The notes under the pieces: generated by a model
Seen by the model: the letters and a program-made list of their open reading frames with translations, nothing else
Database searches by the model: none
Told to the model about the DNA's origin: nothing
Translations under genes and position numbers: made by a program
In this document: positions 19,396 through 28,543 of the stretch, piece after piece
Position numbering within the stretch: the first letter of the stretch is position 1
Layout of the letters: each line of letters begins with the position of its first letter
Assembly (NCBI GenBank): GCA_964638585.1
Contig: CAZXAN010000001.1
Location: 108,372 to 172,371, forward strand
Direction: 5' to 3'
DNA length: 64,000 nucleotides
Source: an uncultured Candidatus Saccharibacteria bacterium
GTDB taxonomy: Bacteria > Patescibacteriota > Minisyncoccia > Phycocordibacterales > Phycocordibacteraceae

Positions 19396-19779
19396 TTGCA
19401 CACCAAGCTTAAATCGATGACGACCGCAAGCGCTAAAATTGAAAAGAGTGATAGCGATATTGAACAGGAAATACGAGAAGCGATCGGAGCTCGGATCGCT
19501 GAGATTCGGCGCAAGCGGAAGCTTAGCGCGCGCCTGGTCGGAGAGAAGCTCAAGATAACTCGTGAAGCGGTCACACACATTGAGACAGGAAGAAATAACG
19601 TTACCGCGCTTTCTCTATGGAAGCTCGCGACGCTATTTCATTGCGACATTAAGGACTTCTTCCCGGATGTGCCTGACGGTTACGGTCTTACCAAGATCGA
19701 TACCGAGAAGATCGCCCAGGAGGGCGGCCAAAAGGCGGCCAATTGGGCGAAAGAGCTTTTCGGTGCCAAATTAAAGTAA
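19396..19779 (+). CDS. XRE-family HTH transcriptional regulator (CapH-like)
   Basis: GARIAEIRRKRKLSARLVGEKLKITREAVTHIETGRNN HTH; divergent from Ubl operon. Confidence 0.75.
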   Translation: MHTKLKSMTTASAKIEKSDSDIEQEIREAIGARIAEIRRKRKLSARLVGEKLKITREAVTHIETGRNNVTALSLWKLATLFHCDIKDFFPDVPDGYGLTKIDTEKIAQEGGQKAANWAKELFGAKLK

Positions 19780-19785
19780 ATCCGT

Positions 19786-20286
19786 ATGATGATAGAAAAA
19801 ATTGAATCGGCCGCCGAGCAACTCCTTGCGAGGTTAAATATAAGAGGAGTGCCTATTCCAATTGAAGACATCGCCCGCTCTCTCGATATACGCATCAGCC
19901 GTGCACCGAGTGCAGACTTTTCGGGACTTCTAATAAGAAAAGACGGCCACGCGCTCATTGGCGTCAATAGCAGTGAGGCTCCCGTACGTCAGCGATTCAC
20001 TATCGCGCATGAAATTGCTCACTTTATCTTGCACCCACAGAAAGATGCCTTTGTCGATTACAGAAAGGAAAGAAGTGGGGGAGAAGCCAGGCCACTGCGT
20101 GAGCGCTACGCCGATATGTTTGCAGCAGCTCTCCTTATGCCGCGTAAGATCCTGTTGAAAGATTTTCGACGGCTAGCCAAGGATGGGTATACCGATCAGA
20201 TTACCGTGGCTCTTGCTAGACAATACGCAGTAAGTGAAGATGCTATGCGCTTTAGACTATTGAATCTCAATTCAATCGGAAATTGA
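19786..20286 (+). CDS. ImmA/IrrE-family zinc metallopeptidase (CapP-like)
   Basis: HEIAHFILH HExxH motif in ImmA-like context directly after HTH gene. Confidence 0.8.
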   Translation: MMIEKIESAAEQLLARLNIRGVPIPIEDIARSLDIRISRAPSADFSGLLIRKDGHALIGVNSSEAPVRQRFTIAHEIAHFILHPQKDAFVDYRKERSGGEARPLRERYADMFAAALLMPRKILLKDFRRLAKDGYTDQITVALARQYAVSEDAMRFRLLNLNSIGN

Positions 20287-20352
20287 GTTCTCGCCATACT
20301 GGGTTTGTTTTCACCTCTTTGACGCCCTGATCGCTACGCGTATCCTCTCACC

Positions 20353-20523
20353 ATGGACTTGAAAGAAGCACAGCGCTTACGGCAACAAGCGCTCACATCA
20401 AGGACCAGACGGAGTCGCGGAAGCTTGACAAATATCGCGGCATGTCCCAGCTTGTGTGATGACCTTCGGGAACCACATCTATGCCAGGCCGATGATGACG
20501 GTCAAAATCGCAAAGCACTTTAG
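20353..20523 (+). pseudogene. degenerate copy of small-protein family A (MDLKEAQRLRQ...)
   Basis: conserved upstream DNA tttcacctctttgacgc...ctctcaccATGGAC shared with other A copies; product diverges after 10 aa. Confidence 0.35.
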
Positions 20524-21061
20524 CTTCGCCCCCGAACCGCCATGGCCGGGCTTTCGGGCAGATGTGGAGAAGATGCTGCGCCTGGTTGAGGTCAGATTCG
20601 GGCGTACGCACGGAGATCGGACACTCGTTGCAGTAATCGCCGACGGCCATCAAGACTGTCATGTAAGCGAGAAACTAGATATTGTGATCCGCGTCCAGAA
20701 CTGGAATGCAGGTGATCCGCGACAGGCTCATTTTCAAGTGTCCCATGAGACGCTTCATGCTTTGTCCCAAATTCCCGAGGTGCGGCGAACCAATCTCGAA
20801 GAAGGACTTGCAACCGTATTCCAACAGGACTACGACGTTTGCTGTTACGGGTCACCGCCACTCCAGCCTCCTCCGAATTCCGATTACGAGTTGGCACGGA
20901 ATGATGTCCGTGAATTACTAAACCTTGACCCCAATGTTATTCGGAAAATCAGGATGGTGGAGCCCACGATAAGCCGCATTACGGCTGTTCACATTCGTGA
21001 TGCTTGCGCGTCCTGCAGCGAAGAGTTGGCCGACAGATTAGCCCGACCGTTCGACTCATGA
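20456..21061 (+). CDS. hypothetical protein with HExxH...E zincin-like motif
   Basis: QVSHETLHALSQIPEVRRTNLEEGLA; likely start MMTVKIAK near 20492. Confidence 0.45.
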   Translation: MMTFGNHIYARPMMTVKIAKHFSFAPEPPWPGFRADVEKMLRLVEVRFGRTHGDRTLVAVIADGHQDCHVSEKLDIVIRVQNWNAGDPRQAHFQVSHETLHALSQIPEVRRTNLEEGLATVFQQDYDVCCYGSPPLQPPPNSDYELARNDVRELLNLDPNVIRKIRMVEPTISRITAVHIRDACASCSEELADRLARPFDS

Positions 21062-21144
21062 GTGTAAAGCATGCTGCGGCGGCCGGCTTTAAGAATGTGA
21101 TACCGGACTAAGCAACCTCTGTTTGAATTTACCACCTTCGAATA

Positions 21145-21477
21145 ATGACAGTCGACGATTTTGATGGCAATTTAGCACCTGCCGGAAACTGCTTCGAGGC
21201 GGCGGTGAAGTTCGTTCAGGATGCAACTGTGTTGGAGTGGCCGGATGACTACCGCGTCGTGCACGGGAATGTGGCCGCATTACGGCAAGATGAGGCGGTG
21301 AACCATGCTTGGGTAGAAGAGGGTGACGTCGTGCATGAGCTAAGCAACGGACGTAATCTTGCATTCTTTAGGCATGCGTATTACGAACGACACCAAGTCA
21401 CGAACATTCGCAAATACACTGTTTCGGAAGCCTTGCGCCTTTGTGTTGAGCACGGGCATTCCGGACCGTGGGACTGA
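21145..21477 (+). CDS. hypothetical protein
   Basis: 110-aa ORF, no motif recognised. Confidence 0.4.
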   Translation: MTVDDFDGNLAPAGNCFEAAVKFVQDATVLEWPDDYRVVHGNVAALRQDEAVNHAWVEEGDVVHELSNGRNLAFFRHAYYERHQVTNIRKYTVSEALRLCVEHGHSGPWD

Positions 21478-21531
21478 GGGACGCTCGCAGAAATAATGGT
21501 CGGCCGGATCAGCATGAGTAGATGGTCGTGA

Positions 21532-21777
21532 TTGTTGCGGCGGCGACAAATAACCGCGACTACTGTAAAGCGCGCGCTCTATCACAATACTGGCGCCGTA
21601 ATCTTCGGCCACAATCACCTTTCGGGCGTAGCGGAACCGAGCCATGCCGACGAGACGCTCACGCAAGCCCTCAAACAGGCGCTTGCCATCGTAGATGTAC
21701 GGGTGCTTGATCACTTTGTAGTAGCGGGGAATGGGGTGATGAGCTTCGCTGAATGTGGACGACGCTGTCCTTATTGA
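21532..21777 (+). pseudogene. RadC C-terminal fragment (partial duplicate of 11514..12080)
   Basis: about 85 percent nt identity to 3' third of radC; lacks N-terminal half; JAMM His/Ser/Asp retained (HNHLSG...SHAD). Confidence 0.7.
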
Positions 21778-22423
21778 CCTTACATATCTGCCGGCCTGGA
21801 GAGCTTATTTCCGGCTAGCGCAAACGCCGTGCATGTTTCTCGAACTCGAGGAGTGATTGCGCCATCGCCTGCGGTTGCTTCACCTGAAACACTGGCGGCG
21901 GGGCACGACAGCATTTCAGGAGCTGCGGGCGCTGGGAGCGAATGTGGATCAGGCGGCTCGGGTGGCGGGCAATACCCGTCGCTGGTGGCACCACAGCCGC
22001 TTGGAACTGAACCGGCTCATGCCCCTTTCCCACCTCGACCGTCTTGGCGTAACTCGGCTCTCATGACCTAAACTTCTTGAATTGCATGGTGTGGATCGCA
22101 TGCCGGATGGCGTGGGAGGGGACCGGTCAGGTTTCTCGATCGCCCCTGTCCCGATTACACATCACCTCAACATCCAAATTGCGAGCAGGAATAGGAATTC
22201 GCGATAATTTCAACTAACTGCTATTATTCCCATCGAGATGGTAGCGTTATGGGGCTAGACGAAACCGATGGTGTGCTTTGTTCTTGTTACCTAAGACTTT
22301 CCATTACTAGATGACTCCTCCAATAATTGGAAGTGTTGCACGACCGTCCGTATCGCAGATGGGACCGGTCTCGCAGTGCTCAGATTCCACTGTAATCTCA
22401 GGTAGGCATGGCGCTTTCAGCAG

Positions 22424-23314
22424 ATGCCTTTGGCCGATTCCGTTTCATCAGATCTCTGGGCGGCTAGTGAATGCGCCCACGGATTCCGAGCAGGCATGAG
22501 CGCCTTACGGGAAGCTGCGTTCGATGTTTTTGCGTCCCTGCATCATGACTGGGATGCCCCGCAGTTTTTCCTCCCCCCAACCTCCGTGGGTATCTCGCCG
22601 GATATATTGGAAGCCAGAGCTATGGCGGACCAGTCGGGAGTTGCGCAACACGAGTTCTTCCGCATAGCGCAAAGTTCCCCGGACCTGCTCAGGCTTTGGA
22701 CGAGCCAAGAAGCGGTTGTCACCGGGCCGTTTTCGCAGATGCTTCTATTGCTCGCAAGCCGAATAAAGAACGTTCACAGCCGCGCGAAGTTTCTTGAAGT
22801 CATTGAAGGAGAGCACGGTAACGTGCGAGATGGTGTGGCCTATCATTCTCATCCTTGGTTGCTTTATCGCCTCTGTGTGTCCGTTGATCTAGACCTTGCG
22901 GCGGTACGTCCGCTTCAGCCGACTCTCAAATTCCTCGCCGCGCTTGCTGATTCCTTCGAACATATGGAGGTTGCACTTGGCGTATTGGGAATTGGGAATG
23001 AGCGAATGCTGTTGTCCGAGTATGCCACAGTGGAGCGTTGTTTCGACGCGTGTATGCCGAACGCGGAGTATCGAGCGTTTTTGAGGGCTAACGTCGACGA
23101 AGATGAAATGCATTCTGCAATCATTGAGGCAGTGGTCTCTACCTTCTCGTCTCCCGACGCCGTTCAGCAATACGTCGAGGGCGCGCGGCGCGGTGTCAAA
23201 GCAAGGCTCGTCTATTATGACGAGCTTCTCAAACATTGGATTGACAGAGGGTTGGAACCGGAGTGGCTACGACCTATGTATCCGGCAACCGCGACTCCGG
23301 GTGTGGTGAGTTGA
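22424..23314 (+). CDS. putative heme-oxygenase-like fold (TenA/PqqC/CADD-like) iron-containing redox protein
   Basis: all-helical; EGEHG...H.HP motif arrangement; low-confidence family call. Confidence 0.35.
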   Translation: MPLADSVSSDLWAASECAHGFRAGMSALREAAFDVFASLHHDWDAPQFFLPPTSVGISPDILEARAMADQSGVAQHEFFRIAQSSPDLLRLWTSQEAVVTGPFSQMLLLLASRIKNVHSRAKFLEVIEGEHGNVRDGVAYHSHPWLLYRLCVSVDLDLAAVRPLQPTLKFLAALADSFEHMEVALGVLGIGNERMLLSEYATVERCFDACMPNAEYRAFLRANVDEDEMHSAIIEAVVSTFSSPDAVQQYVEGARRGVKARLVYYDELLKHWIDRGLEPEWLRPMYPATATPGVVS

Positions 23315-23429
23315 GCAGTCGAAGAAGGCGGCAAAACGCAAAGATGCGAAGAGCGACCCAACGACAAGACAAGACCTGTACAGCTATGCGTACTTAGGTT
23401 CTTGGGAGAGAAATGGTAAACTAAACAAC

Positions 23430-24422
23430 ATGACAAACTTGGAGTCTAGCCCAATGGATGTAAAGGTTCTGGTTACTGGATCAAGCGTTGACGGTCGGTT
23501 TCTCGCGCACCTCAGCGATGCCGGCCTACGAGTTCACAATCCGACGCACCTTCTAACGGACGAAGAACTCAGGGTCGAGCTCTCTGATACTGTTGCCTAT
23601 CTCCTCGGGGGTGATGAGTACGCAAGTGGTGCCGCCATGGAGAGTGCGGAAGGCCTCAAGATTATTGCGTTTCTCGGAGTTGGTTACGAGTCATTCATCG
23701 ATGTGCAAGCTGCAAGTCGCCGAGGAATACTGGTGTCCAACACACCAGGAACTCTCACGAATTCTGTTGCTGAGTTTACGGTTGGCCAACTTCTCAACGC
23801 GAGGCGACGTCTCACCCAGTTCACAAATGCGTTCGTGCAAGGGCGGCCGGGGACTGAAACTAAACAGCGTGACTTAATTGGCACACGAGTAGGGATAGTC
23901 GGTCTTGGTACCAACGGGACTCGAATCGCGGAGATTCTTCGATTGGGTTTTGGGTGTCACGTGAATTACTTCAGTCGGACGCGTAAGTTTGACATCGAGG
24001 ATCGACTTGGTATTGCATACCAATCGCTGGACGAACTAATGGAATGGGCAGAAGCGTATGTCATCATGACGCCCGGAAACGACTCAACACGTGACCTCAT
24101 TGGCAAGCAGGAGTTTGCCCGGATACCGGCGAATAGTCAGCGCCTCCTCGTCAACACGGCCCGATCTAGCATTGTAAATCCTAAAGCGCTACTTGAAGCT
24201 CTTCGAAGCGAGCGTTTGTCCATCGCCGTATTCGATGGCTTTTACGACGATGATTGTGTCGAAAGGTCTACTCTCCTTGCGCTTGGCCAGGAGCGAATTC
24301 TCGTCACAGGACATATCGCGTCGCTAACTTCGGATGCGCGAGATGCGATGTCGGCTATGGCTGTAACTTCGATTCTCAATGTGTTGCGGACCGGCCGCGA
24401 TGATCACGTCGTGATCAAGTAA
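23430..24422 (+). CDS. D-isomer-specific 2-hydroxyacid dehydrogenase family, NAD-binding
   Basis: GIVGLGTNGTRIAEIL Rossmann motif and family-typical layout. Confidence 0.8.
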   Translation: MTNLESSPMDVKVLVTGSSVDGRFLAHLSDAGLRVHNPTHLLTDEELRVELSDTVAYLLGGDEYASGAAMESAEGLKIIAFLGVGYESFIDVQAASRRGILVSNTPGTLTNSVAEFTVGQLLNARRRLTQFTNAFVQGRPGTETKQRDLIGTRVGIVGLGTNGTRIAEILRLGFGCHVNYFSRTRKFDIEDRLGIAYQSLDELMEWAEAYVIMTPGNDSTRDLIGKQEFARIPANSQRLLVNTARSSIVNPKALLEALRSERLSIAVFDGFYDDDCVERSTLLALGQERILVTGHIASLTSDARDAMSAMAVTSILNVLRTGRDDHVVIK

Positions 24423-24436
24423 GTAGAGTCTGTCCT

Positions 24437-25033
24437 ATGGGCACCAAACCGAGCGATCGTGACTGGGCTCCACTCGTATGTGGACTTCTTGCCGCCCTCC
24501 TTGTTATTGTGTTGTCGCTTCAATGGTGGGACTTGCGAATATTTGGAACAGCAGTCGACTACCAGCACGCCGGGACTTGGTCTCAAATGCTATCTGGCGT
24601 TGGTACTACATGCGCGGTCGCTCTGACCCTCGCTGTCTTATGGCTTGAGCGAAGGCAGCGGCGCAAAGAGTTGGCCGAAACCCGAGATCGCGACCTTACA
24701 CGTGTGCATGCGTGGCTCACCCCCCATCAGTCTAAGAATGAGAACGAGCCCGAGTGGTTTCTTAACTTCCAAAACCACACCGCAGTTCCCATCTATAGAT
24801 GGCGAGTGCTGCTAGGCGGCAAGGACCTTCATCTTTGCAACGCGCTGTTTGGCCCTATCCGCCCCGACAGAAGCGAACTTCATCTCGCATCGCTTCGAGG
24901 CATGAACCATGCGGACTATCCGTCAACAACGTTCTACTTTACAACGGGCGATGGACGAGCGTGGGTTCTCGGTGCCGACGGAGGTGCGGTCGAAGTACTT
25001 GAGCAATGCGTGCAATGTGACAAAGAGCATTAG
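24437..25033 (+). CDS. membrane-anchored hypothetical protein upstream of NACHT gene
   Basis: two N-terminal hydrophobic helices; 24 nt before NACHT start. Confidence 0.4.
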   Translation: MGTKPSDRDWAPLVCGLLAALLVIVLSLQWWDLRIFGTAVDYQHAGTWSQMLSGVGTTCAVALTLAVLWLERRQRRKELAETRDRDLTRVHAWLTPHQSKNENEPEWFLNFQNHTAVPIYRWRVLLGGKDLHLCNALFGPIRPDRSELHLASLRGMNHADYPSTTFYFTTGDGRAWVLGADGGAVEVLEQCVQCDKEH

Positions 25034-25056
25034 GGATCGGCTCGTAGGTTCAAGAC

Positions 25057-27789
25057 GTGAAGGATAAGCGGGAGGCCAACAAGTGGGTGGATCCAAAGAG
25101 CCCGATAGCGGATACGGATACGCCCACGACGAGGAATCCAGAGGCATCGCCTCCAGATGACGAGGCTGCACTTCGCGTGTACTTGGACCTTCTTAACTCT
25201 AGGTTGAACTGCCTTGAGTTTGGAGATCCAAGTGAGCTTCTCCAGAGTTCGTATGGGCTGCGAGGCTCCATGAGCCGACTAGAGGATATTTGGGTCCCTC
25301 CGCTGCTGCGGGAAGTTCCCTTCGGCTATACTAATCCGCCAGACCAGCAGCAGGCTGCGCTTGAGGTCTCGCTAGATAGGGCGCTAGCGAAGCCAAGTAG
25401 AGTATACGTCTTCCTGGCTCAGCCAGGTGGAGGGAAGTCCACAGTATGCCGTTTCTTGGCATGTAAGATGTCGTCAGTGCTTCCTCGCTCAGAAGCTGAT
25501 CCTGTCCCAATATATCTCCCAGCGCGCTTCTTGCGTCTTGGGGAATCCGGAATCGATGACGCTGTGGTAAGCGCCGCGCTTGAGCAGCTTGGCAGCAGTG
25601 CCAATTCTGAGCCCGTGCGTTCCGCAGTTCGGCGTTCGCTTCCGCGAGCATTCGTGATCATTGACGGATTGGATGAAGTGCCCATAGGCCCCGATGGCCA
25701 GGTTGGTATCGAAACTACACGAGCTCGAGTGGTCCAAGTCGTTCGTTATCTATTTGCAACATACAAAGCGCTGCGTTGCCTCATTACCTGCCGTGAGGCG
25801 GATTACGTTCTCGATCGACAATCAATTCTCAGCGAGGCCAACCATTTCAGTATAGGTGGGTTATCCCCGGTTCAAGTGCAGACTGCCATCACGCGTTGGC
25901 ATACTGCTGCGGAAATTGCTGCAAGGCACGTGGCGTCCGCACCGGCGATCGACTGGCAGCAGCGAGCAATGGAGGTCCGAGAACTCATTCGGGCGGATGC
26001 GGAGATTGGGGCTATCGCTTCCGTTCCGTTGTTTCTCAATATGCTACAAGTCGTCTATTCCCCGGCGAAGGAGGCACCGCGCTCGATCAGTCAGCTGTGT
26101 GACAGGGCAATTCGCTTCCTCCTCTATGAGAAGCCGCGTCTTCGTAGTGACAGGGCAAAAGCGCCGGCCGGAGGTGGCGCTCGAATTGAGTTTCTCTGGC
26201 ATCCTCAATCAAGTGAATGGCTCTCTAGGATTCTCCAAGAGCTTGCCTACCAAATTCAGAAACGTTCCTTAGAGGGCGGTAGCCGCGGTGTTACATTACA
26301 GGAAATCCATGCTGTAGCCCTTACAGTAGTTGACGTAAAGGCGAGGGACATTAGTGAGTCGGGTCACCTTGCTTTGTCTGCTGTCGAGCATGTTGTTCAG
26401 GGTAATGGAGTACTCGCTGAAGAATCAGGGAGGTGGGATTTCACTCATAACATCTTTCGAGAAGTGTTGGCTGGGCAAGCGCTCCAGAGATACGACATTA
26501 CGCAAAGAGTAACCCTTGCTAAGACGCACGGCTGGCTTCTGCCTCTGCGCTATTGGGCTGGATATGTCGCTCTCTCGGAGGCTGGCATCGGCGAAATCTT
26601 TGTAATGGCGGCGGAGTTACGTCAGCGCGCACTTAGGAGCAAGAGGGATCGCGTAAATTACATATTGGCCGCTGCCGAGATTATGTGTGAAGTGAACTCC
26701 GTCAGCGAAACAGTCGAAGTTTTGTCGAAACTCAAGGAAAAGGTCCGACGTGACCTAATTAGACTGCTCGAAAACCGCAAACTGCCGTTGGCGCTTCGTG
26801 TACGCGCTGGCGATCTTCTCGGTTCTCTCGGCGACCCCCGCCTAGGGAAGTCATTTGTTGAAGCAGAGTTTGTTCGCATCCCGTCTCGCACATATACGGT
26901 AGGGCGCAACACGCCTCACACCGTATTAAATAAGAAATATGATGAGTGTCCCGCATCGCCCTGCGTTGTCGGCGACATGAGAGATTTCCGTATTGCATTA
27001 TTTCCCGTCACCAACCGTGACTACGCCGCGTTCATAGCAGATGGGGGTTACGAGGATTCCAGATACTATTGTTCGAAGGACTCGGCCCATTGGTTTCGCG
27101 GAGATGCCGGCTTTATGCAAGAATTGGCATCTCGTGTAGATCAGACTGCCCTAAAGCACTTCATGACTGAGTTGACTGCGGGTCGAGTGTCCGATCTAGA
27201 GTTGGTCGAGCTGCGGGACCGGATTCTCAAGCGAAATGCACCGCTCTATTGGTACGACCCGCGTTTTAATAGACCAAATCAACCTGTCGTCGGAATAAAC
27301 TGGTGGGAAGCGATGGCATTCTGTAGGTGGGCTGAAACAAAACTGCGAGCCGTGGGCGTCCTTCAAACAGGCGAGTCTGTGACGTTACCAACGGAGGTGC
27401 AGTGGGAGTGTGCCGCGAAGGGGCCTGATGATTCGGCTCCGCATCCGTGGGGAACTGCCGGCCCTGAGGATAATGCGCACGTTCGGACATCCAAGAGCAT
27501 CGCGCGGACCTGTGGAGTCGGATTGTTCCCGTGGGCGAGGTGCGCGGGTGGACCTCTAGATATTGTGGGGAACGTCTGGGAGTGGACCCGCTCGGTACCG
27601 GGGGTTCTCAAGGGCGCTTCATTTAGGAACGTTCCATCCACTGACGGTAATAGTGATCGTGTCGTGAGAGGCTCGTCTTGGCTGTCCACCGAGCCGGAGT
27701 CTGCGAGCATTACTTTCCGGTCCTTTGATCCACCCTGTAACGCCTACGAGGATCTCGGCTTCAGGATCGCAATCGTCGCACAGGAGTAG
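25057..27789 (+). CDS. STAND NTPase (NACHT-like) with HEAT/PBS-lyase-like repeat and C-terminal FGE-sulfatase (formylglycine-generating-enzyme-like) domain
   Basis: Walker A LAQPGGGKST, Walker B AFVIIDGLDEV; LGSLGDPR repeat; C-terminal RIALFPVTNRDYAAF...INWWEAMAFCRW...GNVWEWT...RVVRGSSW. Confidence 0.8.
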   Translation: MKDKREANKWVDPKSPIADTDTPTTRNPEASPPDDEAALRVYLDLLNSRLNCLEFGDPSELLQSSYGLRGSMSRLEDIWVPPLLREVPFGYTNPPDQQQAALEVSLDRALAKPSRVYVFLAQPGGGKSTVCRFLACKMSSVLPRSEADPVPIYLPARFLRLGESGIDDAVVSAALEQLGSSANSEPVRSAVRRSLPRAFVIIDGLDEVPIGPDGQVGIETTRARVVQVVRYLFATYKALRCLITCREADYVLDRQSILSEANHFSIGGLSPVQVQTAITRWHTAAEIAARHVASAPAIDWQQRAMEVRELIRADAEIGAIASVPLFLNMLQVVYSPAKEAPRSISQLCDRAIRFLLYEKPRLRSDRAKAPAGGGARIEFLWHPQSSEWLSRILQELAYQIQKRSLEGGSRGVTLQEIHAVALTVVDVKARDISESGHLALSAVEHVVQGNGVLAEESGRWDFTHNIFREVLAGQALQRYDITQRVTLAKTHGWLLPLRYWAGYVALSEAGIGEIFVMAAELRQRALRSKRDRVNYILAAAEIMCEVNSVSETVEVLSKLKEKVRRDLIRLLENRKLPLALRVRAGDLLGSLGDPRLGKSFVEAEFVRIPSRTYTVGRNTPHTVLNKKYDECPASPCVVGDMRDFRIALFPVTNRDYAAFIADGGYEDSRYYCSKDSAHWFRGDAGFMQELASRVDQTALKHFMTELTAGRVSDLELVELRDRILKRNAPLYWYDPRFNRPNQPVVGINWWEAMAFCRWAETKLRAVGVLQTGESVTLPTEVQWECAAKGPDDSAPHPWGTAGPEDNAHVRTSKSIARTCGVGLFPWARCAGGPLDIVGNVWEWTRSVPGVLKGASFRNVPSTDGNSDRVVRGSSWLSTEPESASITFRSFDPPCNAYEDLGFRIAIVAQE

Positions 27790-27793
27790 TACT

Positions 27794-28543
27794 GTGTCGC
27801 AGGAGAATGGCACACTTTCCCTAGAAGATGCCCGGCTGGAGATTGGTAATGCTTGGCGCGTGCTTGGCCATTACGGTGTCGTTGACACTATTTTTAACCA
27901 CATCTCCCTGGCTTGCATGTCACCAGGCGGTCAATCTAACTGCTTCGCGATTAATCCACTAGGGGTGTTGCCGACCATACTCAAGGCTCATGAGGTACTG
28001 GTGCTCGACGTTTCAACTCCAGACGCGAAAGACTCAATGCGAGTTAATCCTGATGGACTCGCGCTTCACTCAGCGATTCATAGACGACGTGAGGGCAAGG
28101 CTACCGCCATTGTGCATCTTCATTCGCCTTATGCGGTTGCTGTAGGCTCATCAATGAATGGATTGCTACCACTTTCGCAGACGGCTCTGGAGTTCGTGGA
28201 TGAAGTTAAGTACTTCCCTTATCGCGGACTCTTCGGTATGCCTGGAGGTATCGACGAAGATTTGATCGAACATGCCGCCGTTGGATGCGTTGCGCTCCTT
28301 AGGAACCACGGGACCCTTGTAGTAGCGGACTCAGTGGCAGAGGCGGTATATGTCGCATACTATCTTGAAGAAGCTTGCCGACTCCAGGTGCTCGCGCTCA
28401 CTGCCGTCGCCGGCAAGGGCGCAATGCTCGTCGCACAGGACGTTATTGGTCAAACGGGCCAGCGTCTCCGCGAAACGCGTACGATGGTAGCTAAGGAATT
28501 CTTCCGTGCTTCTGTAGCGATGCTTGAGGAATTGGGTCGATGA
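27794..28543 (+). CDS. class II aldolase/adducin-family protein
   Basis: AIVHLHSPYAVAV metal-binding region; GTG start immediately after NACHT stop. Confidence 0.7.
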   Translation: MSQENGTLSLEDARLEIGNAWRVLGHYGVVDTIFNHISLACMSPGGQSNCFAINPLGVLPTILKAHEVLVLDVSTPDAKDSMRVNPDGLALHSAIHRRREGKATAIVHLHSPYAVAVGSSMNGLLPLSQTALEFVDEVKYFPYRGLFGMPGGIDEDLIEHAAVGCVALLRNHGTLVVADSVAEAVYVAYYLEEACRLQVLALTAVAGKGAMLVAQDVIGQTGQRLRETRTMVAKEFFRASVAMLEELGR

